In this document: one piece after another, positions 41,830 to 54,400 of the stretch
Position numbering within the stretch: position 1 is the first letter of the stretch
Layout: each line of letters starts with the position of its first letter
DNA from: Tubulanus polymorphus
Lineage: Eukaryota; Animalia; Nemertea
Assembly: GCF_964204645.1 (NCBI RefSeq)
Contig: NC_134028.1
Location: 5,580,001 to 5,644,000, forward strand
Direction of reading: 5' to 3'
DNA: 64,000 nt
Position numbers and translations under genes: made by a program
The notes under the pieces: model-generated
What the model was told of the DNA's origin: nothing
Databases searched by the model: none
The model's input: the letters and a program-made list of their open reading frames with translations, nothing else

Positions 41830-44800
41830 ATGTCTCTCGCCGACGAGCTGTTGGCAGATTTGGAAGATGGTGGTGATGACGGAGTTGAAGATGAGATGGA
41901 AGTCGGTTTGGAACCGATTGCCGAAATCGACGAAATCCGATCGATGGATACTCATGACGATCCGAAGAATCTATCGATACGAAGCATAGCTAAACTACGC
42001 GATAGTTCAGAGGTGAGAATTTAGATATGCTGTTAGATGATACGCGGAGATGTGAAAAAAGATTATTTCTTCAAAACTTTCTCTGGTAATTTAGTGAAAT
42101 GCTATTTTTTTTCAGTTAAAACGGGTTCTCAGCGATATCGCTGAATTTCAACAAGTCGCGAGACGGGAAGCAGGTATTTTCCGATCGAAAGATTTTGACA
42201 CTGTGCATTTAAAGAGATCTGGTTGAAATATCAGTTTTCTGTTTTCAGTGGCCGGGCCGACTGAAGCTGATCCCGAATATCAGCTGATCGTTGAAGCTAA
42301 TAACATAACTGTAGAAATTGAAAATGAAATAAGTAAGTAGTGATGACAAGAAATTCACAAAAAATGATTGGTGTACTGTTATTTGCTCTGATCCCAGTTT
42401 CATAAAGAATATGATGTTAAGTTTTTGGTTTAGTTGTGTTATAGGTTACTTCTTCATGTTTTAAATGTTGGCAACGATACAAACTTTCAGCTTAATATTT
42501 CTAGTCAGTATCCTGTCATTAGTTCAGTTTCACGATTGGATATTTTCAAACAAATAACCAAAAGTACATAGTATTTAAGCCCATTCTATTGTAAAGCGAT
42601 GACCACAATCAGCAAACAAACAGCTAACCCCAATGATGAGCTAACTAACTCAACTTAGTTATGAAAGTACCCAAGGAATAAGCGGTAACTGGGCATTGAA
42701 AAGGATGATGACTGTTCATCTCGATTAATGTATTATATTCTAGGTATCATTCACAAGTTTACGAGAGATCAATACTCGAAACGTTTCCCCGAATTAGAAT
42801 CGCTCGTACCGACACCCGTCGAGTACATGAGAACCGTCAAAGAGCTCGGTAATCACATCGACCAATCGAAAAACAATGAAACTCTTCAACAGATCATCAC
42901 ACCGGCTACGATAATGGTCGTCAGCGTTACAGCATCAACGACACAGGGGTATGTGTTTATCGTAAATAGCAGAATCCTTCTACCCATCTTCAGAGTTATG
43001 CAACTGTAACTCATTTTCAAACTCTGAAGATGGGTGGAAGGATTCAGCCTCAGAAATTTTAAAAAAAAACAGTTGTTTGAATTGATACTCTGGGTTACTC
43101 TTAATGTATTTATTGGTTGAGCCCATTTTCCTTTGAACTAAGGACCCCATTTAACAATGAGGTTTAAGTAAAAACTGATAAGTGAAAGTAAATGCGAAAA
43201 CCTGATATTTGCAGAACTAAATTAGATCGTGATGAACTCACGCGGACAATGGAAGCTTGCGATATGGTGAGTATGACTTTGAAATACAGTAGAACTCGCC
43301 CAGTTCGGATTTTTCAATCGACATTTCAAATGAAATATCTTGTCCAATTAACCAGCAACTACCAGGCTGGTGTTTAAATTGTTATTCGTAATTCGGATTT
43401 TACTTAAGTTCTACTGTAGATCTGACTGACTTTGAATCTCTTCAGTTTAGTTCTCTACAACAATTCACATATTACTGCATCTATGTCTTCAGATGATTAT
43501 TATCTCCTCTTTTAAGGCCATCGAATTAACGGACATCAAGATGAAAATATTTGAATATGTCGAATCCCGAATGACATTCATCTCGCCGAATTTAACGATC
43601 ATCGTTGGCGCGACAACCGCTGCTAAACTAATGGGTATGCATTGTATTCCTCCAATTCGTCCCTCGGTAGCCAGTTGGTTTAATATTTACTTTCCCAATC
43701 ATACCACATAAGGTGGAGTCTACTGTAATGAAAATGCTTTTAGCACCTTATCAAATGTTTCTACGTTGGATTTAAAAATGTGGAGCTATTTTAGAGTTAA
43801 GCCTAATTTTATTAACAGGTTTGGCCGGAGGAATGACAAACTTATCAAAGATGCCTGCCTGTAATATAATGATACTCGGATCACAGCGTAGAACGTTATC
43901 CGGATTCTCCAGTTCACAGAATATGCCGCATATGGGTTTTATTTACTACAGCGAATTCGTACAAGAACTTCCCCCGGTAAGAACCACAATCAATCGGAAG
44001 CGCATGCAGTACGAGGTGTATGATCGATACTGGATTAAGAATGATGAAATCCTTATAACTGGTTCGAAATTTAACCAACCCTGGTAGAATTTAATTTTAG
44101 TCATGGATTAATTTTTCTGTAGGATTTAAGGAAAAAAGCGTCTCGTTTGTTAGCAGCTAAATGTGCGCTGGCCGCGAGGGTCGACTGTTGTCACGAGAGC
44201 GTCGATGGAAAAGTCGGCGATGATATGAAAGCGGATATCGTTGCTAAACTCGACAAATTACAAGAACCGCCGCCCGTAAAAACGGTGAAACCGTTACCGA
44301 CTCCGATCGACGTCGCTCGCAAAAAGAGAGGAGGCAGACGGTAGGCTCGATTAGCTTCACAAATTCTCCTGTCTGTGGACCCAATGGTGATGGATCCAGC
44401 GGGCATCCGTGGTGGTCGGGACATGTTGATGTCCCTTAAAAATCCATCCTCAAATATTTCCGACTGAATATTTGCTGAAAAAAAACAAAATTAAGATTGG
44501 ACAAATATAGAAATACCGACATTTTGTAATGGCAATTAGCTGTTTCAGAAGATCTAAAAAATCATTGTGCATGTGAAAAAGGAAATTTCAGCAAAGCTTT
44601 TAGAAAAAAGGCCATAAATTTCTTAAGTTGACACTCCCTTTACTTTTGACCATGGATTTGCCATCACAGTTCCACAGAATGTAGAATGATTTGAAATATT
44701 TTTCTATTTCCAGTGCAAGAAAAATGAAAGAGCGACTCGGTATCACTGATTTCCGTCGACAAGCGAATAGAATGAACTTTGCAGATGTAAGATTATTGTG

Positions 44801-45694
44801 AATTGCGATTCATTTTCTAGTCGTACATGAATCGATTATCTTACGAATATTTCTCTTTCCATGTTTTAAGATCGAGGATGACGCGTACCAAGAAGATCTC
44901 GGTTTTTCATTGGGTAATGTCGGTAAAGGGAACACAGGCGGTATCAGAGGGCCGGTGGTCGATTCGAAAACGAAAGCTCGAATTTCTAAAACACTCCAGG
45001 TAACGTTAATCACCTCTTAGAATCATATGGTCAAACTTATTTAAGTCATCATCAGATAAGACGTCACATTACTTAAGTCATCAATATCTTTGATTCCCAA
45101 TTTGCATTTCCAATTCGATTTACTAAGTGTAAGTCATGATTTGGATAAGTTGCCTATGATGACTTGAGTATGACTGTCGACTTCAGTCATGGCAAAGTTA
45201 TGACATGGTTTGTTTGTTATGTATTGTAGCAAAAGATTACGAAACAGAATCAGACGTGGGGAGGAAGTACGACGGTTCGTAAACAAGTATCTGGAACAGC
45301 TTCTAGTGTAGCCTTTACTCCTCTACAGGTCAGTATTTCAAACAGCGTTTTGGTTTATGTAATTTTGTATAATACGGCACAATGAAGAATTGAATTTGTT
45401 TACTATTCCTGTTGATAATTCCTGCCACTTTTTCAAAATACTGGCTGTACCCCTTTAGTTCCACAGTGGAAACAAATGAGACTATCGCGCCTGATGCCAA
45501 ACTTCAAAGGACCACATATGCCCATTATGTATAAACGGAATGCTTAATACAGTTAGTTTTTCAATCTCTTCTCATGTACTCTCTAATTGCAGGGTCTCGA
45601 AATTGTAAATCCTCAAGCGGCAGAGAAGAAAGTACAGGAAGCTAATCAGAAATATTTCTCTTCGACATCCGGATTTCTCAATCTGAAGAAGTGA
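41830..45694 (+). CDS. PRPF31: U4/U6 snRNP protein Prp31, multi-exon
   Basis: MSLADELLADLED, EADPEYQLIVEAN, YSKRFPELESLV, IMVVSVTASTTQG, LSKMPACNIMILG, KKRGGRR, SGTASSVAFTPLQGLEIVNPQAAE. Stop codon at 45692-45694. Confidence 0.97.
43287..43416. mobile_element. Tc1/mariner-type MITE with TA target-site duplication, in a PRPF31 intron
   Basis: TA-CAGTAGAACT ... AGTTCTACTG-TA. Confidence 0.65.
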
Positions 45695-46442
45695 ATGGTG
45701 TTGTCCACATTCACAATCTAATTTCAAGAGTATTGGAATTATATTCTTTTAAGTTCGATGACCTTACAAAACTTGTTGAGGTCTTTAAGTAAATGGCCGA
45801 AGTGTTAGTTCATATTCATCTGCTTAAACTGCAAATTGAAGTGCACAATTTCTTAACCGATGGCATGCATTTATATATTGTTTTATATAATATATATGGG
45901 TGTAAATGTGGAAATGATGATTTGTATGGTGATAATAAAGTGTACATACAATGCAAGATATAGAATACTCGAGTTTGCGATTGTTTTTGCTTGATATCTC
46001 AAAGTATTGGTATTTTACAATGGCCTCTTCCACCGGGTGATTGTCTTTCATGGAAGAGATGCAGACACATCCTTGAAATTTTCACCTTTAACACTGATCT
46101 GAACTGTAAAAACCTGGCCTTCCTCGCAAAGGATTTGGAAACGAATAGAAAATAAATCACTGGTATGATACAAATGCTACATACGGTATTAATTTATTCC
46201 TGTAAAACATGATGACAGGATAACCAAAATTTATACATTAACATGATATAATATCATTTAGATCAATTATTCGAGGGTCTACATTATTCGTGTTAAAAAT
46301 TAACTAGCTTCCAAACCATAGGTCGATTGATCACTTGGTGGTCAAAAAAGCGACCACTACAGGCTAAAAAATGTCTTAAAATAACACTATTGCCCTAAAA
46401 CTTTCCAAATCTGTGGATATCATCGTATCAAATGGATATGAA

Positions 46443-47712
46443 TTATGGTTTCGCCTCTTCAATTGCGCCTGCTGCTTGCTTCTTCTGTTGTTCATGCCTA
46501 GGATTAAAGAAATGTCAATTACTTTCAGAGAAACCTGCATGCAGTTTAATTCTTGATCTCAATTGATTCTATTCGAAAAGATTTTTCTTAGCTCGTCTTC
46601 AAGACAACATAGTATAAGCGGCATGAGCCCTCAATTACCTCTGACTTACACCAAACAAGCAATTCATTTTGTGTGACCTAATTAGGCCTGGACAGGTTTT
46701 ATCCTCAATTGACTACGTACGTGTAAATTCTGTATAACTGATATAATCCAGTAGCACCGACGAAAATATTTACGCTGAACAAATTCCAGTTCTTAGGAAT
46801 AATGACCATCGAATATCTCGACCAAATTATGCCTGCGTAAAGACGAATTACAACATTACAACATGTACCAGTTAATCTAATTCGATAATCTTGTATTGCT
46901 ACTTAGAATTTTCAATGTTTCCATGGTGAAGGAATTAGAAACCTGGGCTGGGATTCATAGATGTGGAAGGAAAATAGTCCCTGGGAATATTTTGAAATTC
47001 GTCAGTTATAACGACTATGGAGGTTGTCACCCAGATTGAAGATTCACTCCTAGGGATAACTTTGATACTCAGTCTATGAAACCGGGCCCTGGAAATTGCA
47101 AAATGTTCCCAGGTAGGGTATTAAGCTGTTTTGATAAATCCAGACGGCATTTGAGCCAAATTAATTTACCAGTTGCTGCTAAAGCGGTCGATTGCGTTAA
47201 ACTCAATTTCTCAGCAGGACGGTTTATATCGGCTAGACCAGCAATCACTAGACCCTAGAAATATAATATCAAAAAAGGATTTATATGATTTAGAAAAAGG
47301 TCTCTAGAACAGGTACAAGTACAAGTGAAGCCCAACACCTCTGCGAGGCAGTTGGAAGCATTGTTTCCTGAAACCATGTTTGCTGGTGCTACTACGAGGA
47401 GGTTACCGACATGGACACTTACCCATTTAAATGTTGGTGCCCAAAAGAATATTGTTTTCGGCCCTATAAGAAATAAACGACGATACGATTGAGATTGGTG
47501 AAGAAATAGGGAGTGATTAGACTTAGACTAGAGTGAGACAGAGAACATGTAATGATTAATGAATGAATTATTGGAGTGGGCCGGGGACGGGGTGTCAACT
47601 TGCTTTCTTCATTGAGTTTTTACAGACCTGCCGGATGATTCCAAAAAGGTAAAAATTTAGCGGGTACTACTTTATCAAGTGCCCGTATACACGATCTAAA
47701 AATTGTCGCCAT
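46443..47712 (-). CDS. MPC2: Mitochondrial pyruvate carrier 2, 5 coding exons
   Basis: Spliced protein reads MATIFRSCIRALDKVVPAKFLPFWNHPAGPKTIFFWAPTFKWGLVIAGLADINRPAEKLSLTQSTALAATGIIWSRYSMVIIPKNWNLFSVNIFVG... It is absent from the ORF track because the exons are short. Confidence 0.95.
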
Positions 47713-48430
47713 GGCTGGAGCTGGCTACTTAAAATTGAAGATTGCAGAAACTAATTCCTGTCCAATTGAATTGACAGGTAGCAACAGTTCATTTCCGGTT
47801 CAAGGAATCCCTATTGCGCGTATATGGACTCAATTTGGCTTGCCAGGGATTGCTCCGACAGCGGATAGATTCGTTACGGTTCTCGACGGAAAGACCAATA
47901 AACGATTATTCTTCATAAATAGATAATTTGATATTCGTCTGACGAGCAGATTGCAACGAGCTGAACTGGTTCTGGTAGATATCCTTCCACTTACAAGGCT
48001 AGACTTGCAAAAGGGGATCGTTTTTTTCATTCATTGGTCATGAACATAGATTCGATAACCAAATGCATCATTTCCCTGATGATTTCCTAAGACAATGCAA
48101 ATTTCACCACAAATTCATAAATTGATCTCGTATATAAGCTTACTTTACAACCGAGTCTCCATCAAGACTCACAGCTGAAAAGCTGTCTGTAACTGCAACT
48201 GTAAATTGATCCTTGTACGGGTGAATAAAATAGCAAAAGAATAGACTACATGATTAAAGGTCGATATTGTCATAGATCCAGATAAAGACTTTTTATGCAC
48301 TGATAAATGATCATTTAAAATGAATCCCCAGATTATCAGATGGCGGTTGTTCGTACTTCGCATAAAAGCAGTCACAGTTTTAAAACGAGCGACACGAGGA
48401 GAGATTCGTGAAACGGCGTGAAAAACTATC

Positions 48431-49937
48431 ATGGATAAAACACTTATTCTAGTCGTCGCGTTGATGTGTTCCGTTGATCTATCGTCAGGTACGTGTCGTC
48501 CTGCTGCGCTCGTATTTCCATCGTGAGCACTTTTCTGTAGTTAGATACGAGAGCCCTTATACCCGCATCGTATCACAACGACATTGTCTGAACAAGGTAC
48601 AAAAGTCTATCTCTATCATCGAGAGGGTGTTAGGACGCATCCAAAAATATGCACCAAATCAACTACATATTTTCATAATAATTTAGCTCTTTTACGAAGG
48701 ATTACTATTTTGTACATTCAAAAAATCTAGATTTACATTTTTTTATGATTCAAAATATAACAAGTTTTGATTCTACAGGAAACTGGAAGATATTTGGCGG
48801 AATCCAAGTGCTTTCCGACCAAGCGTGGCCGCATCAAGTTAGTTTACAATACAATAACCGCCACGCATGTGGCGGAAGTATCTTAGATAGGAACACCATC
48901 CTTACTGCTGCTCACTGCTTCCAGAATACCGGGTACGATATATTGAAAAGATCCTCAGTCATTTATGAAATGCATTTTGACATAAAGAGAGTTTTTGATA
49001 TGTCTTTTGGTAAAGAGCTGATCCGTATTTATGGAGAGTGGTTGTCGGCACGATAAATCTTAGAGATCCTATGCGCCAGATCTTCGCCGTACAAGATATC
49101 CGTGTGCACGAACTTTATCAAAGCCCACAAAAAGGTAAAACAAACGCGGAAATGTCACTAGCTTGATTCGCAGCAATCGTAACAAACTATCAATGTTCAG
49201 AGTTTTGCTAGTGTATAAAAGCTTCAAGAACAATTTGTATAACAAATCATACTTAATCACAAACAGGTAATGATGTGGCGATTGTGAAGTTGTCGGAATT
49301 TCTACAGTTTTCACCGACGGTCACAGCAACACAACTACCTTCATCGAAATCCGACAACAGTGACGTCGGCACGACTTGCTACGTATCCGGCTGGGGCTAT
49401 ATCAATACACCCGGTCCGTCTGGTGAGAAACCGTTCATAAGAATATTAAAAAATATTAATATTAAGACTTCAAGTTGCAATCGCATTGCTACCATACGAT
49501 TCTATACTTATAGGAATTTTGTCGGACCAACTGACGTACACAGATCTGCAAATTTGCAACACAAATTGGTGCACTCAGTACTTCGCCGACGCGCAACCAC
49601 CGGTGGATGATTCAATTTTGTGTGTCTTTGGCTTGTATGGAAAGAACGCTTGCATCGTAAGTCTATAGCACAAAATAAATCAAATCAAATTATCATATCT
49701 TCCGAATGATAAACGTTAAGTGATAATGACAAGAGGGTAGACAGTTTTAAGTAGATAAAAATCGCTTTTTTTCAGGGAGACTCCGGCGGGGCGCTGATGT
49801 GCCCGAGAGCTGGCTACTACGTGGCGGAGGGGATCGTGTCCTGGGGTAGAATCGAATGCGGTTTGGATGTATCGGCACCTGTTGTTTACACAAGAGTTTC
49901 ACATTTTCTCGATTGGATAGAAGCGAATCGGCATTAA
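48431..49937 (+). CDS. Secreted S1A serine protease (catalytic domain only)
   Basis: Signal peptide [19 protein letters not shown]. Activation site WK|IFGG. Motifs [27 protein letters not shown] and NACIGDSGGA. Stop codon at 49935-49937. Confidence 0.9.
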
Positions 49938-51447
49938 ACCAACATTATGATACGTTAAAAAGTATCTGCACATAATCACCTAAAAAAGAATGACGGTTTT
50001 TGAAAAATACTCTCGTTTTATGTATTTCTGATTATATGATACGCTAATCTATATCAGAAAATGAAACAAAAGCAAATATATGGATGACTTCGAAAAAACA
50101 TTAACTGATGATTCTCATTGTATCAGAGGACCAGATTTATCATCTATAAAAAAAAAACTAAGGAGATTTTTTGTTGGGGCAAACTTCATCATTACGCAGT
50201 TTAATGATGTGATTTACGATTAGTTGGGGTGAAGTTATATTTCTTGAGAATGGAAAATGGACTCTGGCGTTTTAGCACGTTATGTGTGTAGATTTGTTTT
50301 TAGATATCTAAATCGTATGACTGAAGAGATGATTAATCAATGTTATTCAAAGCCAACTTAATTAATTACGCAAGGTCATTTGAAAAACCTGTATTCTAAC
50401 CTAACCTTACCTAAATGTATGCGTTTGTTACGTCTGTGTGTGCGCGCTTAGGGTGACCTCCGACCTTTAATCCCTAGGACGGTCGCCTCTGAGGCGATCG
50501 TCCTAGCGATACGGTTACGCTGACTGGGGAGGGATATTTGCTGTGTTCGACCAAAAGTTTAGCAGGAATCATGGCTATATTCGAATTCCAACTGGCACAT
50601 TCCTGTTTGTTCTTCATATTATAATAGGTCTGTCCATCTATAGCAAGAGATCCCGTTGTGTTTCACAAATGAAATGAATACTTTTTGACTTGAAAATTAA
50701 AACAACTGTTTTGTCGATATGGAAGTTGTCAATTGTCAATGATATGACGAGATTTAAGCACCAGATACCTAAGGAGAACGATTCAAAGAACGTGTTCGAA
50801 TCGCTTATCGGAAAACAAAATTAAAGGTTGGGTCTTATAGAACAAGCCCTCATGATTCGACATGCTTTACGTGATGATGTGGAAGGGGGATTATAGTTCA
50901 ATTAATTAGTTCTCTGTTGAGAGACGTGCATTTCTCTCTGACCCCGGTGTCGTCTGTGATCTACGTCATCATCGCCATCATAGTATCGTCTGCGCGTCGT
51001 CGCATCGTCATCATCTCGTAGCGTTTCTATTCTACACGAGAGATAGAGGAAGAGGATGATGATGTTATAAGCCGATCGGAAGAACTTTTAGATATGGGGA
51101 GTCGTCTTCGTAATGCGGAACCCTGTACGCTTCGGCGATGCGTCGTGTTTATCAAAAGCCTTGCCGAGAGCGTCGGCCTTTTATAAGTCGGAGACCGCGG
51201 CAAACATCTAAGACTGCTTCGGCTCTTGATTGGCTTTTCGTCGTTATAATCTACGACTGGTAAAAGAGCAGCAGAGCGCGCTTTTTCTCTAGTCCACGCG
51301 TTCAGCGACGCAGAATGAGAGCACACCACCGACAGAAAACATGCCTTAATAATGATATCCCGAATAACTCGAGCGGGCAAAATTGAACTCACTATCTTTC
51401 GACGGATAAGAAGCGTCTGAGTAGATGTATTCTGGGCACAGTGTGTG

Positions 51448-54400
51448 ATGGCGGTCGTGTTTTGGGTAGTTCTAGGAGTGGCAGTACTAATCTCGACATT
51501 CGGCGGGGTCACCAACTGGTAGGAATAAAAAGCTTTTAAAACGAATGCGTGTATTCGATAACGGATTTATCAGTGTTTCGTGGAATTGAAACGTTCACAC
51601 ACGGCGTGAAACAGTGATAAGCCTGTTATTTATAGGATTATCCAAAAGGAATTTCGAGATGAGCACAAATTTCACAAGTTTATGAGTTTATCTTTTGAAA
51701 CGATTTCCCAAAGATCTTTATCACGACGGCGATTATCTTTTTTTTGCTAATTGAACAAAACAAGAATGAATTCTGGATTCTTCTGATGTATCATTTTTTG
51801 TCTTCCAAGCTTTTTCATCGTTTAACGATACAAATTTTCTCAGTTTGTTTTACCGACTTTGTTGACTTGATTCCTTATTCAACAGATAAAATATCATATT
51901 CAGAGACTTATCATTTCAGGCAATACAACGTGCTTATCACCGGGTCAAAGGTAAGTCTCTCGTATTTACTTAATTTCCTTATTCCAGAATTTCGAAAGTG
52001 TATATAAGTCAAGATGAAAATTGTGTTGTTTGTTAATAGTCAAAAACGTGTTTAAGAACGAAAATGTGTAATATAGAAATTATGAGAAATTTGGTAGGTT
52101 TTAAAAGTCTTTCCCGATGCTTGCATTTTTTCTATTCAAATGTATCAAAAGAACATGCTCGAAAATGTATATGCGCAATATCCTGGACAAGGATTGACCT
52201 TGTCGGGGCAAAATTCTGACAAATCGTATTTCGCGACCAAAGTTCAGTAAGTACGCAGATTCGGGCTGTGATAAGGGGAGGATGTTTCAGACCACGCAGA
52301 CGAACGCAAATCGATTTTGTCGAATCAATTTATTTTTGTTGTCTCTGGGGTTGACAAAGTTGGACGCGTGCGTCATTGATCCGGGATGGAACGGGCCACA
52401 GTTCAAATAACAACAGTCAAGATCCAATATCCAAGATATTAAATGTGTAGTGAACGATATTGACTGATTTCTCGTGTTCTCGAATATTTTAATCTCGGTC
52501 GTCTGACGAGGAGGTGTTCCCCTGTCATTCAAATCCGAACTAACCGATATTTTAATCCCGAAACGCCACGAGAGATTTGCATCGATTTCGATCGACTGAA
52601 AACTGATACTGTTCAATTGCGTCAGACGAACTGCTGACATTTTTATTTCAGAAATCTCTTTATCGATTTTGTGTTGTCCAACTTTTCCAGACAAATTTAA
52701 CTATTCAGTCACGATATGACACCGCGAACCTATTCGAATCATCTCGCTCGATATCGTGGCGGTTTTTCTCATAATTCTATCTATCGGATATTTCTATCTA
52801 AATTTTTGATTGAATATCAGCAGAGACTCGAACACAAGAACGGAACATTTTTCCAAAATCAAATTCAAAGCGAACAAGATGAAAAGAAAAGAATAAAACC
52901 AATTATTGGCCAGATTCGGTAGATTGTCTAATGAATCGGAATGTACCATCCGTATTTTGTAAAGAAATGATAGTTCTTCCGTTAAGTATGCGTGAATGAT
53001 CGGTTAGATCATAGCGATAAGTTTCCTGAAATAATACGTGGATATCAGTTTAGGAGTGGCACTGGTTTAGATAACAATAACTTGAACATTATAACAATCG
53101 AATTAGACTATGAATGTGCGTAACGTGAGTGAACCTTAGCGGAGTAAACAAATAAATAATACTGAATTAATTATTATTTGATATAGTTTGATTTTGAATG
53201 ACAGGTTGAACTTTCCTGGATATTTCTAGGCTTGGTTCGGTCTTTCGACGACAGTTTGACCCGAGGCTATCGCGCGCGCGCGTATTGCAATGTCCACCGC
53301 GCGTATAGGCGCGTTCATATTACGAATGGAAAGTCGGGAGAAAAAAACAAAAACACGAAATTTTCATCCTCGCGCGATGTACGTATATCTTTACAATACA
53401 TATATGCGAGGATTGGCATTTGAACAAAAGTTGATAACGAATTCCTCAAAACTCTTTCGGGGTGCAATAAATTCGTAGAAAACACAGCCGACTATTTTAT
53501 AGTTCTGTTACTATTAGTACATTATCGACGGAAACCGGTAAAAGACAGACGCAATAAACTCGATCTTCTTTCCATTTCCATTGGTAATTCTTTCTCAAAG
53601 TTTTTTCTCACATATAATTGAATTGAATCGTTAGTTCTTTACATTCAATTTACCTTTGTAAATATTTTTCTTAATATGACCGAAGGGTATGAATTTTTTC
53701 TTGTCTTTTTAAGAAGACGCTTGCGTAGGCTTCATTGTTCATTAGTCCAGGCAGAGACCACATAGAAATTGGCCACCAACAAGCGCATTATTAGACGACG
53801 ATATCTCCCCCAAACAACCTCCTTCTGGCAGACGATATTGAACTAATACGGGGATTAAGTTGTTGTGGCCAATGTTGATATAGCCCGAATATAGAGATTT
53901 ACTAAGAATTGACGAAAGAGAATCTATTTAGAAAAGCCCGCGGGAATACAACATCTTTGCCGAATCGGATTAAATCGGCATTGTCAAATTCAGACGCGGA
54001 CTTAACCAGTGAAAGGTGTAATTTTCTGGCATTCTTTTCTGGCGAATGTTTTTACGCTTGATAACATTCATTATTCGCCGATCTGGTACGTCTAGTTCAG
54101 CCACGAGATTTACCCTTTTATGGAAGTAGGATATATGGAAGTTCCTCAGCTTTGCTCTCATAATTTAGGCATATATGCATATCATTTTCAATTCATTTTC
54201 GTTAAACCATCGACTGTAATACGCCCATAGTTATACCTCAAACATACTTCACAAACATGAAGCAAGACTCGTAGAAAATAAAACGGATACTTTATCTACG
54301 TTACATCAAAGTCAGAAGTTGAAAACTTTTACTCATGTAGTTCCTCTATTTGAAGTCCACGTAATTTCTTTAATCTCAATGCCATAAAATTCTTCCCCTG

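Noticed and set aside
51027-51515. 162-aa minus-strand ORF
   Set aside because: It is antisense to the Wnt8 promoter and exon 1, and has no recognisable domain.
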